64,000 nt of DNA. Origin: a virus. Below the pieces are notes generated by a model. That model was not told the origin of the DNA. It saw only the letters and a program-made list of their open reading frames with translations, and searched no databases. Where the stretch lies: positions 1 to 64,000 of IMG/VR virus record IMGVR_UViG_3300027810_000002; one strand, given 5' to 3'. Below are positions 41,954 to 53,400 of this stretch, in pieces. The number at the start of each line of letters is the position of its first letter. Positions within the stretch are counted from its first letter, which is position 1. A program made the translations under genes and the position numbers.

Positions 41954-42505
41954 TTAGTCTATTTCTAACTTTAAATTAAATTTGTTATAATAGAAGTTTA
42001 TGGTGAATGTACTAAAATCTGCAATGTTAGAACTCATATTTAATTCTAGTTCAGTAATTGAGTTCATGATTGGTTTTTCAAACACAGCACTCATTACATG
42101 AATTCCTTCTCCATCTAATATTTGTAATTTTAAATCGTCTAAAAAAGGTTTCTTAGTTTGCCTTGCGTAATAATATAAAAGAGTATCTTGCATTATCCAA
42201 TAGTTAATATAACCATCCAGTAATTGCATCTCAATAGTAAATTGTCTTTCTACTGTGTTTTGAATAGGTACTGCTCCTCGATGATATGTTGTTGTTCCGT
42301 CATTTGAAGCCTGTTCAATAGGATCAAAAGATAAACCAGGAATTCCAATTCCTTGTACTGAGTAATTTATAAAATCGATTGGCTCAGTTAATAAATTGCC
42401 AGGAACCCTATTCAGGTAATTTCTATACTTTTCAGCTACTTCTTCCGGTATAAACTTTCTAGGAAATTTAAAATTAAATAAATTATTTCTACTGTTTAAA
42501 ATCAT
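41954..42505 (-). CDS. Tail tube/terminator-fold protein (T4 gp3-like)
   Basis: NYSVQGIGIPGLSF...FTIEMQLLDGYINYWIMQD...FTINFYY pattern of the gp3/gp19 fold. Confidence 0.6.
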   Translation of the reverse strand: MILNSRNNLFNFKFPRKFIPEEVAEKYRNYLNRVPGNLLTEPIDFINYSVQGIGIPGLSFDPIEQASNDGTTTYHRGAVPIQNTVERQFTIEMQLLDGYINYWIMQDTLLYYYARQTKKPFLDDLKLQILDGEGIHVMSAVFEKPIMNSITELELNMSSNIADFSTFTINFYYNKFNLKLEID

Positions 42506-44565
42506 TATATGATATTTACTTTTCCGTAATATAATAAAGACTCTGTGTCTCCATTCTTTAGGTTAATATAAAATTTGTCAGGAAATATGTTCGTGTCCTT
42601 TTGATCAAATCTACTTGCAATGGCTTTAGATACTTTAAATAAAACTTCACCTTTTCCTAAATCTATATCTGGAAAATTAGGATCATGATATACTTGTTGT
42701 TCTCTCGATCCACTCTTAATAATAAGAATAATATCGTCAGCGTTTACTAAACTAATAGATTCTATATCATTTCCCTTTGGTCTTCCAATGCTAAATTTAA
42801 CAAAGTTGTCTGAAACCTTTGAAAGAGTGATTATTGTTTCTCCTTCTGGCTGGTAATTTATTTCGCTAATTGATCTTGCTTCAGTAGCTTCTAAGGTTAC
42901 ATTTGTAGAACCTGCTAAAATTCCGTAAGTATCTAAAGCAACCGGTACGTATTTTGTTTCTCCGATTGCAGGTCTTATTGAATTAACAAATTGATTTAAT
43001 TCTCTATTAACTTGCGTGTTTGCTAATTTATTATAAACGACGGTTGGTGTTAAATTGTCGCTTAAATTAATTCTACTCATTCTTTTTCCATACTTCTTAG
43101 GCTTGTTATAAACTAAAGAAGCAATCTTTAATATTTGAGTATTATCTGTTTCATTATAAATTCTCATACTAACAGTTAGCAAAAAGTTACTTGATACTGC
43201 TGAGTTTAAAATTACAGGTCTATATATAATAGGCTCGTCGTAATTTGCTATTTGAGAAAAAGATGTTCTATATGTACTTACATAATTTAATCCTAGTTGT
43301 TCACTAACCTCTACGTCGTAAAAAACTGTAATATCATCACCAGAACTTTGAAGTCTTCCATTAATATAATTTTCAAATCCGGAAGTTGATCCGTCTTTTG
43401 TTCCGTATATCTCAAAATAATCACCAGCGTTTGACTCTTGTAATGTAACTGCAATATCTACAAATTCATCTTCACTAGAAAGTGTTAACTCTCTAGAATC
43501 AGATATTTCTATATAGTCATATCCATTTACTGTCTTTACTGTTTCAATTAAATTTAATTTAATTTCATAGTTAGCTGCATCATCTACCGATTGTTGACCT
43601 GTTCCGAAAAAAGAATCGTTAAACTCTTTATTTTTTGCAGGGTCATTCATGTATACTAATGAAGGAACCTTTATTTCTATGTATTTTGAAAAAGAACTAT
43701 CAGAAAGTGTAAATGGCTTAGGGTTTTGAATTTCAAAACTAGAAGAGTTTAAATAAACTAAAGAAGTAAAATAATTATATTCTCCATCAGCTTCTTTTCT
43801 TGCCTTTACTTGAAAGTTAAAACCTTCATATCCTCTTCCACTAAAAGAATATCCTGTTCTTAAGTGAAGTCTTATAGTATCGTACCATACTGCTTGTACA
43901 TTATTAGTAGGGACTACTGTTAAACTACTAGATGGATCTCCTGCCCATTCATTTGAATCTAAATAATCTAATCCATTATTTAATAAAGCCAATACACTGC
44001 CATTACTAGTAGGTACTGCATAATATCTGCCTCCTTCTCCGGGAGCAGTCTTAATAGTATTACCTGTTTCTTGTAGAGGTCTAGCGTATAAAGAATTTGC
44101 TCTTTCTCCAACTACTATATTTCCTCCAACTAAAACTTCTCCTGCTAAATCATTATATGTATATTCGTATGAACCATTTGTATTAGGTGTGAAAGTTACA
44201 ATTCCGCTTATTGGTGATTGTTGAATTCCATTAATATAAAATCCATTAATATTATCTATACTAGGATCATTTAGATCAAACTTATATGTTAATCCATTCT
44301 TAACTAGTAATTCTCGTGCTGCGAAATTATTAACATAAATATATCCGTTTGCTACGTTAACTGTAAAATTAACAACATCAGATCCTAATTCATGAATTAA
44401 CATTCTAGGTGCCGTGTTGCTTCCTGCTACTGTGTTTAAGTACTTCAGCTGACTTCCGTTATCATCGTTCTCGATTTCCACTAAATCAGGTGCACTTTGA
44501 TCATTGTAGATAAATTCTAATAGAATATCCTCGTCTAATCTTGCAAACTTTGATGATTGTGCCAT
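42505..44565 (-). CDS. Virion structural protein (uncharacterised)
   Basis: 686-aa beta-rich ORF in the tail module. Confidence 0.55.
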   Translation of the reverse strand: MAQSSKFARLDEDILLEFIYNDQSAPDLVEIENDDNGSQLKYLNTVAGSNTAPRMLIHELGSDVVNFTVNVANGYIYVNNFAARELLVKNGLTYKFDLNDPSIDNINGFYINGIQQSPISGIVTFTPNTNGSYEYTYNDLAGEVLVGGNIVVGERANSLYARPLQETGNTIKTAPGEGGRYYAVPTSNGSVLALLNNGLDYLDSNEWAGDPSSSLTVVPTNNVQAVWYDTIRLHLRTGYSFSGRGYEGFNFQVKARKEADGEYNYFTSLVYLNSSSFEIQNPKPFTLSDSSFSKYIEIKVPSLVYMNDPAKNKEFNDSFFGTGQQSVDDAANYEIKLNLIETVKTVNGYDYIEISDSRELTLSSEDEFVDIAVTLQESNAGDYFEIYGTKDGSTSGFENYINGRLQSSGDDITVFYDVEVSEQLGLNYVSTYRTSFSQIANYDEPIIYRPVILNSAVSSNFLLTVSMRIYNETDNTQILKIASLVYNKPKKYGKRMSRINLSDNLTPTVVYNKLANTQVNRELNQFVNSIRPAIGETKYVPVALDTYGILAGSTNVTLEATEARSISEINYQPEGETIITLSKVSDNFVKFSIGRPKGNDIESISLVNADDIILIIKSGSREQQVYHDPNFPDIDLGKGEVLFKVSKAIASRFDQKDTNIFPDKFYINLKNGDTESLLYYGKVNII

Positions 44566-44580
44566 TTTCTTTTTATTATT

Positions 44581-45378
44581 TTAAAATTTTAACCAAGCCG
44601 GTGAATAATAAACGCCGATCCCAATTGAAGGCCCTGTGCTTATTACTTGGTTGTTATTTAAATTGATTCCGTATCCGAAACCAACTCCAATTGACCAACC
44701 TGCTTTTTTATTATATGTTTGATTTAATTTATCATTAACTATATTAATATTTTCAATCGAAGTAAAATTTAAACCAGGATATGGAGTTGTAATTCTTAAA
44801 ACTTCTCTTCCTTCCTCTAAAACTAATGCAGTTGTTAAACTAATACCTTGATTAAAATCAAACCTAGAGGATTTAATAGTAAACATTGAATCTAATTTTG
44901 TTAGTTTCAATTCTCCAGTAAACTCTCTGTAATTATATTTATCCCAGTTTTTATTGTCACTAAAATTAAAAGTAACAGTGTCTTCACTTTGTGAAACTGC
45001 CACGTTTGAATTTAAAATCGAATCTTTGATAGTTAAATCAGTTGAGATTAATGTGTTTATATTTTCAAGTTTTGTTTTTTCTTTAAGTACCCTGTTATAT
45101 CTATTTAACAAATTAGATTTATCAGACTCTAAAACCTCAACGTCGTATTCAAATGAAGTTATTCTAGAAACTAGTTGCCCGCTTTTATTTTTCTCTACTA
45201 AGATCGAATCCTGTGCCGCTTTATAGTTATTAAAATTTCTATCTGCAATCTTTTCAGTACTTTGTAAATCTTCTTTAAGGTTTGAAATTTGATTACACTG
45301 TTTTAAAACTAATAAAACGACAATAGCGATTCCTATGAATCGCAATAATGTCTTATTATTTAATATATTTTTTATCAT
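44581..45378 (-). CDS. Membrane-anchored coiled-coil protein, spanin-like
   Basis: N-terminal hydrophobic segment ending ...VLKQC, coiled coil, C-terminal amphipathic beta-hairpin ending in Phe. Confidence 0.5.
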   Translation of the reverse strand: MIKNILNNKTLLRFIGIAIVVLLVLKQCNQISNLKEDLQSTEKIADRNFNNYKAAQDSILVEKNKSGQLVSRITSFEYDVEVLESDKSNLLNRYNRVLKEKTKLENINTLISTDLTIKDSILNSNVAVSQSEDTVTFNFSDNKNWDKYNYREFTGELKLTKLDSMFTIKSSRFDFNQGISLTTALVLEEGREVLRITTPYPGLNFTSIENINIVNDKLNQTYNKKAGWSIGVGFGYGINLNNNQVISTGPSIGIGVYYSPAWLKF

Positions 45379-45381
45379 TAT

Positions 45382-47874
45382 TTAATATATTTTTGAAAGC
45401 AATTGGACTTCGTTATTCGCTCCTGGTCCGTTTCCGGTTCCAAAGTAATAGTTTAGTTGTAAAACCCAATTACCACCACTAGGTATACTGGTAATATCCC
45501 ATGTTATATCAATGCTAGCCCCGGGCTGTATTGTGAAGACTGTAACGCTATAGTCTGTATTAGTATTTCCATTGTTAAGAGACTGGTTACCTGTACTTAC
45601 AAATTGCTGCTGAATACTTGAACTTGCGCTCGGTTGGTACGCTATACTAGCGCTTACACTACTTCCTGAAATTCCGGTAGAATCAACACCTTTTAATCTA
45701 ATGTTAACTTGTTGATCTGTATCATTCTCGATATACCAGTGTCGGTTTGGCTCATTTATCTGACCTACATACTTTTGACCGTAATTAGTACTGTTCCATG
45801 TGTTATTACCACCAGTCCATCCTGTTGAGTACCTAACATACGGTTTAGTTTCATACGATGCAATGCCTGAGACATTAATAGTAGTACTATCAGTTGTTCC
45901 TCCAGTCACAGAACTTGAATCTGCAAAATCGTTATCTTGTATATTTATTTCTAGTTTCACTGCATCTGTGTTTGTAACAGGTACAAGGCCATCGACTGTT
46001 CTATATGTGTGATTTAATACTGTTAAATCGGCAGTTCCAGAAGTAGCAGACCCTCTTGGGGTACCACTTCCTCTATATGTATATGGCAAGGTTGGTGTTT
46101 TACTAATATCAAAGTATTTACCGGAAGGTGCCGTTAATGTAAACGTTGAAAGGTTTACTGTATCTCCTGGTGTGGCAGTTTTATTTTGTGATGTAGGGCT
46201 TGCTGTCCATGAACCACTTGATGGGTTTAACTGATATGTATTTGTTCGTGTTGCTATTGCGCTAATATGACCTGTAGAATCATATGTTAATGATACAGTC
46301 CCTCCCTGTGGTTGAGCACTTACAGTAACATTTATAGTAATGTCCTGTGTTGGTAGTGATCCTGAAAGATTTGAAACTGTAGAAGACGATACTGGTCCTC
46401 CTATCGCATCAGCAGATACGGTTGGTAAAGTATTCCATTCATATCCATTAGGCGCTGCTACGTTAACTGAGAACGAGAATGATGATCCTTCAACCTGCGT
46501 CTTTATTTCATTAATTGTTGTTAATCCTCCAACTCCTTCGTTTGAATCTGTAAATCTATATGTTACCGCTACTGGCGCAGATTGATTAGTACCTTTATCA
46601 TGCCAGAATAAATCTTCAGTTCCTAAATAAACTATTTGCGGTAATCTTTTTAAGACGAAAGTAGTTCCTGCACTATCAGACGTTATTGATTGAGTTGATG
46701 TTGATATTGTTGGTGTTGTTACTGTATATGTTGGAGATGAATATGCCGCTAACATTGATATATTAGCACCTCCTATTATATTTGTTTCTGTGTTCGTAAC
46801 AGATGCATCTCCCTGGCTGTCAGAGTCAATTGTTGCTGGATTCTCATCAATACTATATGAAAAAGAATTTAAATCCTCTGTTTGATACGAAAGATAAGCT
46901 TGTACTGCTGGGTTAAGATTGTTTACCCATTCTTGACCATTACATAAATACCATCCCGCGAAATTATTAATACCTGATCCTACTCTAATTTGAATAGGTT
47001 CATCTGAGGGTGCAGTGACTGCTGTCTCGGTTAGTATAAAATTAGAATTAGTAAAGAAAGCAGGATCAACTGAAACAATAGTTCCAATTGGTACTACTCC
47101 TCCGATTTCATCAACAGATTTAAAATCTATTGTTCCATCAGTATCTCCTGAAACTGCGATTTTACCAACGTCAGGTGCCGATACGGTACCTCCTATTTTT
47201 AAACTATTATAAACATTAACAGGTTGATTAAATCTAGATTCAGTATTAACTACTAATCCATTAGTGTTATCAAGTTCCATGATAGGTAGAACTGATTGTT
47301 CACTATGCCAAATCCATTTATCAGCGTATTGATGTACTATATAATCTACTGACGTAGATCCAACAGGTCTAAACCCCGTTGTCATTCTTTTTGCTGGTGT
47401 GCCGTCCGGCTGTGTCGTATTTGATAATCTGTAATAAAATGCAGGGCCCTCTCCTTCTGATCTTAACTCTAAGTTGTTTTCAATAACCGAGTCTTTATTA
47501 ATTAAAAGAGAAGCATCTGATTGTCCTCCGCTAAGATAAAATGGATCATTTGATCTGTACCCTATTGCAATGGTAGGTGGATTTGCATCATTAGAATCAT
47601 GTACCGGTAGGATGGTTTTTGAACTAGAACCTAGGTTCTCTTGCCAAATGTCATCTCCGCCGTCCCCTGGTTCTCCTGGAATACCTTGATCTCCTGCAAC
47701 TCCAGTATCTCCCTGGTGTCCAGTTAATCCTTGATAACCAGTAGCGCCCGGTGCTCCTGTATTTCCTATTGGCCCTCCGCCATTGGCAACAATTTGATCA
47801 AAGTTATAATTAACTTTGTCTAATTTTATTATATCATTATCTATTAGCGATATTTGTTTTAAATTGATTGCCAT
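45382..47874 (-). CDS. Tail fibre protein with collagen-like repeat and tail-collar domain
   Basis: Gly-X-Y run near the N-terminus; VPIGTIV...GWYLCNGQ collar motif; Ser/Thr-rich C-terminus. Confidence 0.75.
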   Translation of the reverse strand: MAINLKQISLIDNDIIKLDKVNYNFDQIVANGGGPIGNTGAPGATGYQGLTGHQGDTGVAGDQGIPGEPGDGGDDIWQENLGSSSKTILPVHDSNDANPPTIAIGYRSNDPFYLSGGQSDASLLINKDSVIENNLELRSEGEGPAFYYRLSNTTQPDGTPAKRMTTGFRPVGSTSVDYIVHQYADKWIWHSEQSVLPIMELDNTNGLVVNTESRFNQPVNVYNSLKIGGTVSAPDVGKIAVSGDTDGTIDFKSVDEIGGVVPIGTIVSVDPAFFTNSNFILTETAVTAPSDEPIQIRVGSGINNFAGWYLCNGQEWVNNLNPAVQAYLSYQTEDLNSFSYSIDENPATIDSDSQGDASVTNTETNIIGGANISMLAAYSSPTYTVTTPTISTSTQSITSDSAGTTFVLKRLPQIVYLGTEDLFWHDKGTNQSAPVAVTYRFTDSNEGVGGLTTINEIKTQVEGSSFSFSVNVAAPNGYEWNTLPTVSADAIGGPVSSSTVSNLSGSLPTQDITINVTVSAQPQGGTVSLTYDSTGHISAIATRTNTYQLNPSSGSWTASPTSQNKTATPGDTVNLSTFTLTAPSGKYFDISKTPTLPYTYRGSGTPRGSATSGTADLTVLNHTYRTVDGLVPVTNTDAVKLEINIQDNDFADSSSVTGGTTDSTTINVSGIASYETKPYVRYSTGWTGGNNTWNSTNYGQKYVGQINEPNRHWYIENDTDQQVNIRLKGVDSTGISGSSVSASIAYQPSASSSIQQQFVSTGNQSLNNGNTNTDYSVTVFTIQPGASIDITWDITSIPSGGNWVLQLNYYFGTGNGPGANNEVQLLSKIY

Positions 47875-47927
47875 CTTTAAATTTAATTTATTTTATATTC
47901 TATATATTCTTTTTATATTACTGGTTG

Positions 47928-50489
47928 TTATCCAATAGCATTAAACGTACTCATTATTGAATCATCCGACGATTTGTGTAATCTAATGTATAATTCCATA
48001 TCATAATCGTCTTCATTACCAAGCGAATTGAGTGTGTAGTTTAGGTTGGTTGCTACACCTTGAGAATTTAAAGTAAAATTCGTACCATTTCTCCATGTAC
48101 CATCTTCTTGATTAATCGGACTAGTCGAAGCTCCAGTTATTCCTGGACCACTAATAGTTATTGATCCTTCAAATGCGTCACTTGAATATACTCTCCAACT
48201 ATAATAATATTGATTAGTATCTCCAGCTTGTCCATTTACCGTAATGTAGTATAGTGTATCTAGATCGTCTCCGTTGTCTGACGTAGACATTTGAGGTGCT
48301 GATATACAGCTAGCTACCCCTGGATCATTTGTAATTTTAGAGTTAAATGTTAAGGTACCTCTCTCACCTGATATACCATCGTAAAGCTGCTGCCATGTGT
48401 TCGAGGATCCTGGTCTATTTTGGCTACTTATACTAACTAAATTACTTCTACCAATATTTGCACTTGTATTAGATACCCATCCGTCATTAACTAATACAAC
48501 AGGACCCTGGTCCTCTAAAAACTGCAACCTATTCGACGTTGGAACAGTATTATTTGATGAACCATAGTATATGTCGATTGCCGCGTTATTAGCACTACAT
48601 GCGCCAGTACCGAGGCTTTCATATGGTATCATTTTTCCAACGTAGTGCATGTAGTCCAGCGCCGTTCGATATTGAACTACTGTACCGTTCCAATAAGCTC
48701 TATACCATGCGCTTTGGCCAAGTTCTGCTGATCTATACCAGCCAGCTGGCGGTGATGTTCCGTCTGCATTTTTAATTATGTAAGCAAATTTAAATGTAGT
48801 GGCACTAGCACCATTAGCGTCTTCAATTAGATAACCATTAGACCCTGTTGAAGGCGGTTGTGTCCAGTTTAAATCCCTAACATCTTGTTTATAAAGTAAT
48901 TCATATGTATCTAACTGTAAACAGATTTGAACGTCAGTCCATGCAGTACCGCTCCACTCCCTTGCTGTTGAGTCTTTTTCATACCAACCTGCAGATGCTA
49001 GTGATCCATTTAGATACAACTGTGTTCCTGTAATTCCGCTACCACCATTGCCAGTTATCCAATTTACATCAATACCTGTCCACATATAATCATTTATAAA
49101 TGTAGTAGTACATGCAGCAGCTGCAGTGTTTGATACCTCTGATAGTGTAATAGGTTCTGTAGTTACAGATGTAGATGGTTCTGACTTCCATTGTAATGTA
49201 GGTTCTCCTAAATTAATAATATGTACCATTTTAGAATGTTCATATGAACCATTCTGTTGTCTCGACGCAGGTTGATTAAAGTTAATTGAAGAATCCGACG
49301 TTACAATATTAATTGTTTCTATATCGTATGCTCCACTTGATGAAATATAATTTGCTCGAACTTGTAAACTAGCTCCACCAATTAGTATCTGTGAGTTGTC
49401 CCCTCCATTAATTATAGCAGGTTGCCCTGTTGTTTCGTTGATATTATTTCCATTGTTACTATCAATATTAAAAGTAAAAGAATTTAAATTAGGAACATCG
49501 TGTGATGTAATACCCTGTTCCCATACTTGCCCGTTACATAAGTACCATCCTTCGAATGGAGTGTCTACTCTACCTCTACCTTGGTTATTTAATAATAATC
49601 CGTTTGGTTCAGTTTCTGGGTTTCCATTTAAATTAAAATTAGCATTATTGAAATGCTCTTCTTGTATTGACATAATAGATCCAATAGGTAATGCACCAAA
49701 AACTTCGTATTTACTTTTCCAAATTACAGTCCCATCAGTATCTGTTGACACTATAACTTTATTAGGTCCTTCATTAGTAACCAGTCTTAAACTGCTATAT
49801 GTTTCAACAGGTCGATTAAAATCTGTTTTAATACCTGATGTAACTAAATCACTTGTAAAAGATAATCCAGTAGGGATTTGATCAAATGAATTTTCTTTAC
49901 CTATAAATATTCTGTTAATTGAGTGTATAGTACCTCCTATATTTTGTACAATATGAAAGTCTGATGCTCCTAAAAAATCTCCAACAGTCAACTCATTACC
50001 GGCAAGGGAATGTGGGGCTGTTGTTGCACCTCCTCCTTCATAATCTAATGCAAAGTTAGGTCTATTGATTTCTCCATAAAAAACAGCAGCAGTTGAGTTA
50101 GGCCCATCAAATGGTAATGAAGTATAATAATCACTATTACTTTGATTTTTTTTACCTGTTATAAGACCTACTGCTGAAAATTCAATACCTTGCATTCTAG
50201 TAGGTAATAACGTTATACCATCAGACGTGCTGTTAATTTTCCATATTGAATTAGCAGGAGTTCCTTCTAACCCCTGTTCCCCTCGCGGTCCTTGTACTCC
50301 TTCATATCCTTGAGTTCCTTGTAATCCTGTTAAACCAGGAGTACCTTGGTGACCTGTTGGTCCGGGCATTCCTCCTTTTTGTAGTTGGCCAAAGTTAAAA
50401 TTGAGTTTATCTACTTTATCCTTTGCCCACCAATTCAAACTGTTAGGATCTAAATCACTCTTAAATATTTCTTTAATATTTATTGACAT
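47928..50489 (-). CDS. Tail fibre protein with collagen-like repeat and tail-collar domain (paralogue)
   Basis: DKLNFNFGQL followed by a Gly-X-Y run; LPIGSIM...GWYLCNGQ...PNLNSF. Confidence 0.75.
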   Translation of the reverse strand: MSINIKEIFKSDLDPNSLNWWAKDKVDKLNFNFGQLQKGGMPGPTGHQGTPGLTGLQGTQGYEGVQGPRGEQGLEGTPANSIWKINSTSDGITLLPTRMQGIEFSAVGLITGKKNQSNSDYYTSLPFDGPNSTAAVFYGEINRPNFALDYEGGGATTAPHSLAGNELTVGDFLGASDFHIVQNIGGTIHSINRIFIGKENSFDQIPTGLSFTSDLVTSGIKTDFNRPVETYSSLRLVTNEGPNKVIVSTDTDGTVIWKSKYEVFGALPIGSIMSIQEEHFNNANFNLNGNPETEPNGLLLNNQGRGRVDTPFEGWYLCNGQVWEQGITSHDVPNLNSFTFNIDSNNGNNINETTGQPAIINGGDNSQILIGGASLQVRANYISSSGAYDIETINIVTSDSSINFNQPASRQQNGSYEHSKMVHIINLGEPTLQWKSEPSTSVTTEPITLSEVSNTAAAACTTTFINDYMWTGIDVNWITGNGGSGITGTQLYLNGSLASAGWYEKDSTAREWSGTAWTDVQICLQLDTYELLYKQDVRDLNWTQPPSTGSNGYLIEDANGASATTFKFAYIIKNADGTSPPAGWYRSAELGQSAWYRAYWNGTVVQYRTALDYMHYVGKMIPYESLGTGACSANNAAIDIYYGSSNNTVPTSNRLQFLEDQGPVVLVNDGWVSNTSANIGRSNLVSISSQNRPGSSNTWQQLYDGISGERGTLTFNSKITNDPGVASCISAPQMSTSDNGDDLDTLYYITVNGQAGDTNQYYYSWRVYSSDAFEGSITISGPGITGASTSPINQEDGTWRNGTNFTLNSQGVATNLNYTLNSLGNEDDYDMELYIRLHKSSDDSIMSTFNAIG

Positions 50490-50494
50490 GTTGG

Positions 50495-53400
50495 TTATGC
50501 TTGTATTTTAATATGCAGTTTTAAATGATATTTAAAACCTGGTTTTTTATTATATATTAATCTAAAACTTAAACCATCATTTTGATAACCTTGGATATCA
50601 AAATTAGTTTGTTTAGTAAATCTACCGTCTGTTAATTCTTCTGGTGAATTTACCGATTTAAATTCAGTTGTTATGTTCTTACCCGCGATTCCATATATTT
50701 CGGTGTTTTCTATAATAAACCTTGAAACAATGTTAGAATAGACATATTTTTCTAGATCATCTAGGATAGTTGATTTATCTCCGAATGAATTTTCAGCAGT
50801 TAAATACTTGCTAAACTTAGACTGTATTCCATCTTCTAATAATTCATTGTATATTGTCTTAGGTAAATAAAAATCTGCAATTATTTCAGAATCGTTTTCG
50901 ATCCAGTGAATCGCTGTTTTATTTAATTTGTTAAATCTAATATAATCTAAAGAATCTAAAGACGTTTCATTTGTTTGTGAAAAGCTAGTTAAATCATATT
51001 GATCTCTAACCTTCATGACGGTCGATGCCATAAAGGATTTTAATTCAACAGGACTCAATGTTCCATACACATTCTCACCAACCGATCCTGGGATAGATTT
51101 TACAAAATAATCACTAGAATATTTAGATTTAAAAATATTAAAATCTTTTTTATCTATTGCAATCTCTCCAATTGCAGGGTATAACGGTAACTTGTCTGAT
51201 GTTTCAGACAGTTTTAATAAGTTTTTAGAATCTTCATCATTTACCTTGTGATAGTGATAATTACTAATATAGCCATAAGATTCGTTTACATTCTTATAAG
51301 ATGCAAAGGCAATTCCTAGATTTTTAAATTTATTATAAATTAATCTTTCTCTCCATCTATCTTCTATTTCAGATGTGTATAATCCAATAGTTTGTTGGGT
51401 TAATGTCGCTTCAGCGTCCGATTGACTTCCTGGATGGTCTATTGGGTAAGGTATAATAATACCTACTAGATCCCCACCTATTCCAGCGTTAGCAAAATTT
51501 CCAGAGCCACTACCAGATCCAGATCCAGATCCTGTACTTTGTAATAATCCTTCAACTGTATTTAAATCTGGTATTAAAGTAGATTGTATTGTGTAGATGT
51601 CTGTAAAATCTACAACATCTTTAAAAAGTGGATTGTATTCACCGTTAAATCTACGTAAAAGTGTAAAATATCCACCATCTTCTCTCTCTTTTAATATTTT
51701 ACCAATCTCCTCAGAACTTAATTGATAAGATCTTGGTCTGTCTCCATCGGGTGACGTGTCTAACACGGATGGCTTAACAATATCTACTCCATCTTGAATT
51801 TCTAAAACAAAGTCGTTAATAAATTCATCATCCGGAAATTCAGAACTAACTCTAGTGTATACGACATCTCCAAACTCGTTAAATCTTTTTGCAAAATTAT
51901 AAGAAACTACTTCTTCTAGTAGATTCTTCCAACCAGCAGAACCTGTTTTCCAATATTTAAAAGTAGTGGATGAAGATGGTATGTAATGCAATAGTTGACT
52001 GTCTAAAGGAGACCCACCAAAATAAGGTCCTGCCTCAATGGTAAATGGAATAGGTAAACCTGAAACAACTATTTGCTCATCGTTAATTATTGAAACAACT
52101 TGCATACATGCATATAAAGAACCTCCAGTATTTGGGTCTGTGTCGTATTGAAAATATATCCATGAATATTTTCCTTCATCATTTAAAGTTATTTCTTTAG
52201 TAAATGCAGATTGTCCACCGCTAATCGATAATTGACTGGCATATACTATAGTTTCAACACCAGAATCTTGCGGCCACGCAGAGCTACTTAAATCTATTTC
52301 AAAAGATAGATCAGTATCAATAATTGTTATGACAGGATCTCCATTATAATCTGTTATCAAATTACCATCAACATCGTATGTGAAGTTTTCAATATCTTGT
52401 AATTCATATACAGAAGCTCTAGATAAATAATTAACAACGTTTGGTTGCACTGCAATATCAATAAATACACAAATAAATTTAAAAGTGTCGTTTTTAATAA
52501 CATGATACTTTACGCCGTTAGGCTCTCCTTCTGGTGCTTCTGTATAACTTAAAGTTACTCCAAACTTGTAAGAATTTACATCAGTTGATGTTTCAAACGC
52601 TGTAGGTGCATCTTTAAAAGACTCTTTTCTTTTCTTGTAAATATATCGTAATCCTCTAAATAATGTGCTAGATTCTAACTCTGACGTGCCTCCGTTAAAT
52701 TTAGAATATAGATTTCTAGATTTGTCGTCGATCCACATTCCATCATTTTGATTAACCGCTCCGTTCCATCTAAAATAAAGACTAAAATAATCTACATCAG
52801 TAGATTTAAGTTGGTTAATACTTATTCCGTCAGTTGTTGTAAAACTAGTATATGAGGATAGTCCCTTAATTGTGTTGTTATCGTGGAAGTTGTCAGGTAT
52901 TTTATTAAAATGGAAATGTTCCATGTTTAAATTGTCGTAATTTCTACCCGATTCTAATTTAATTTCTGGGGAAATATTATTAGTACCAAACGCCTCATTC
53001 ACGTTTAAAATATAAGGTAGGTTTCTTGCGTTAGTACCATTCTTTAAAGCGTATTTCATAATAGTAGGTACTATCCTACTTTTTAATGCGGTTTCTTTTA
53101 ATGTATTTTCATTAAGTCTATCATATTCTGAATTAATATCTGTTGAAACTGAATCATCATTAGATGTTTCCTGGTATAAAACAGAAGATATTCCTGTAAA
53201 TTTTTCTAGTGGGCTGTAATTGGTTCCAAATGATTCATAAGCCAATTCTCCTAATTCAGAATTTTTAGTTGAATAAAAATCAAAATCAAAATCTTTTAAT
53301 TGATACGCACTAAATTTACCAAAAGTAGGTGTAAACTTATTGTATAATTGAACTATTCCATCACTAGGTAACTTATATGCTGTATCTAAAATAACTCTAT

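Noticed and set aside
51500-51535. GSGSGSGSG-encoding microrepeat (ccagat)n in the 1557-aa gene
   Set aside because: Short flexible linker with no sign of phase variation.
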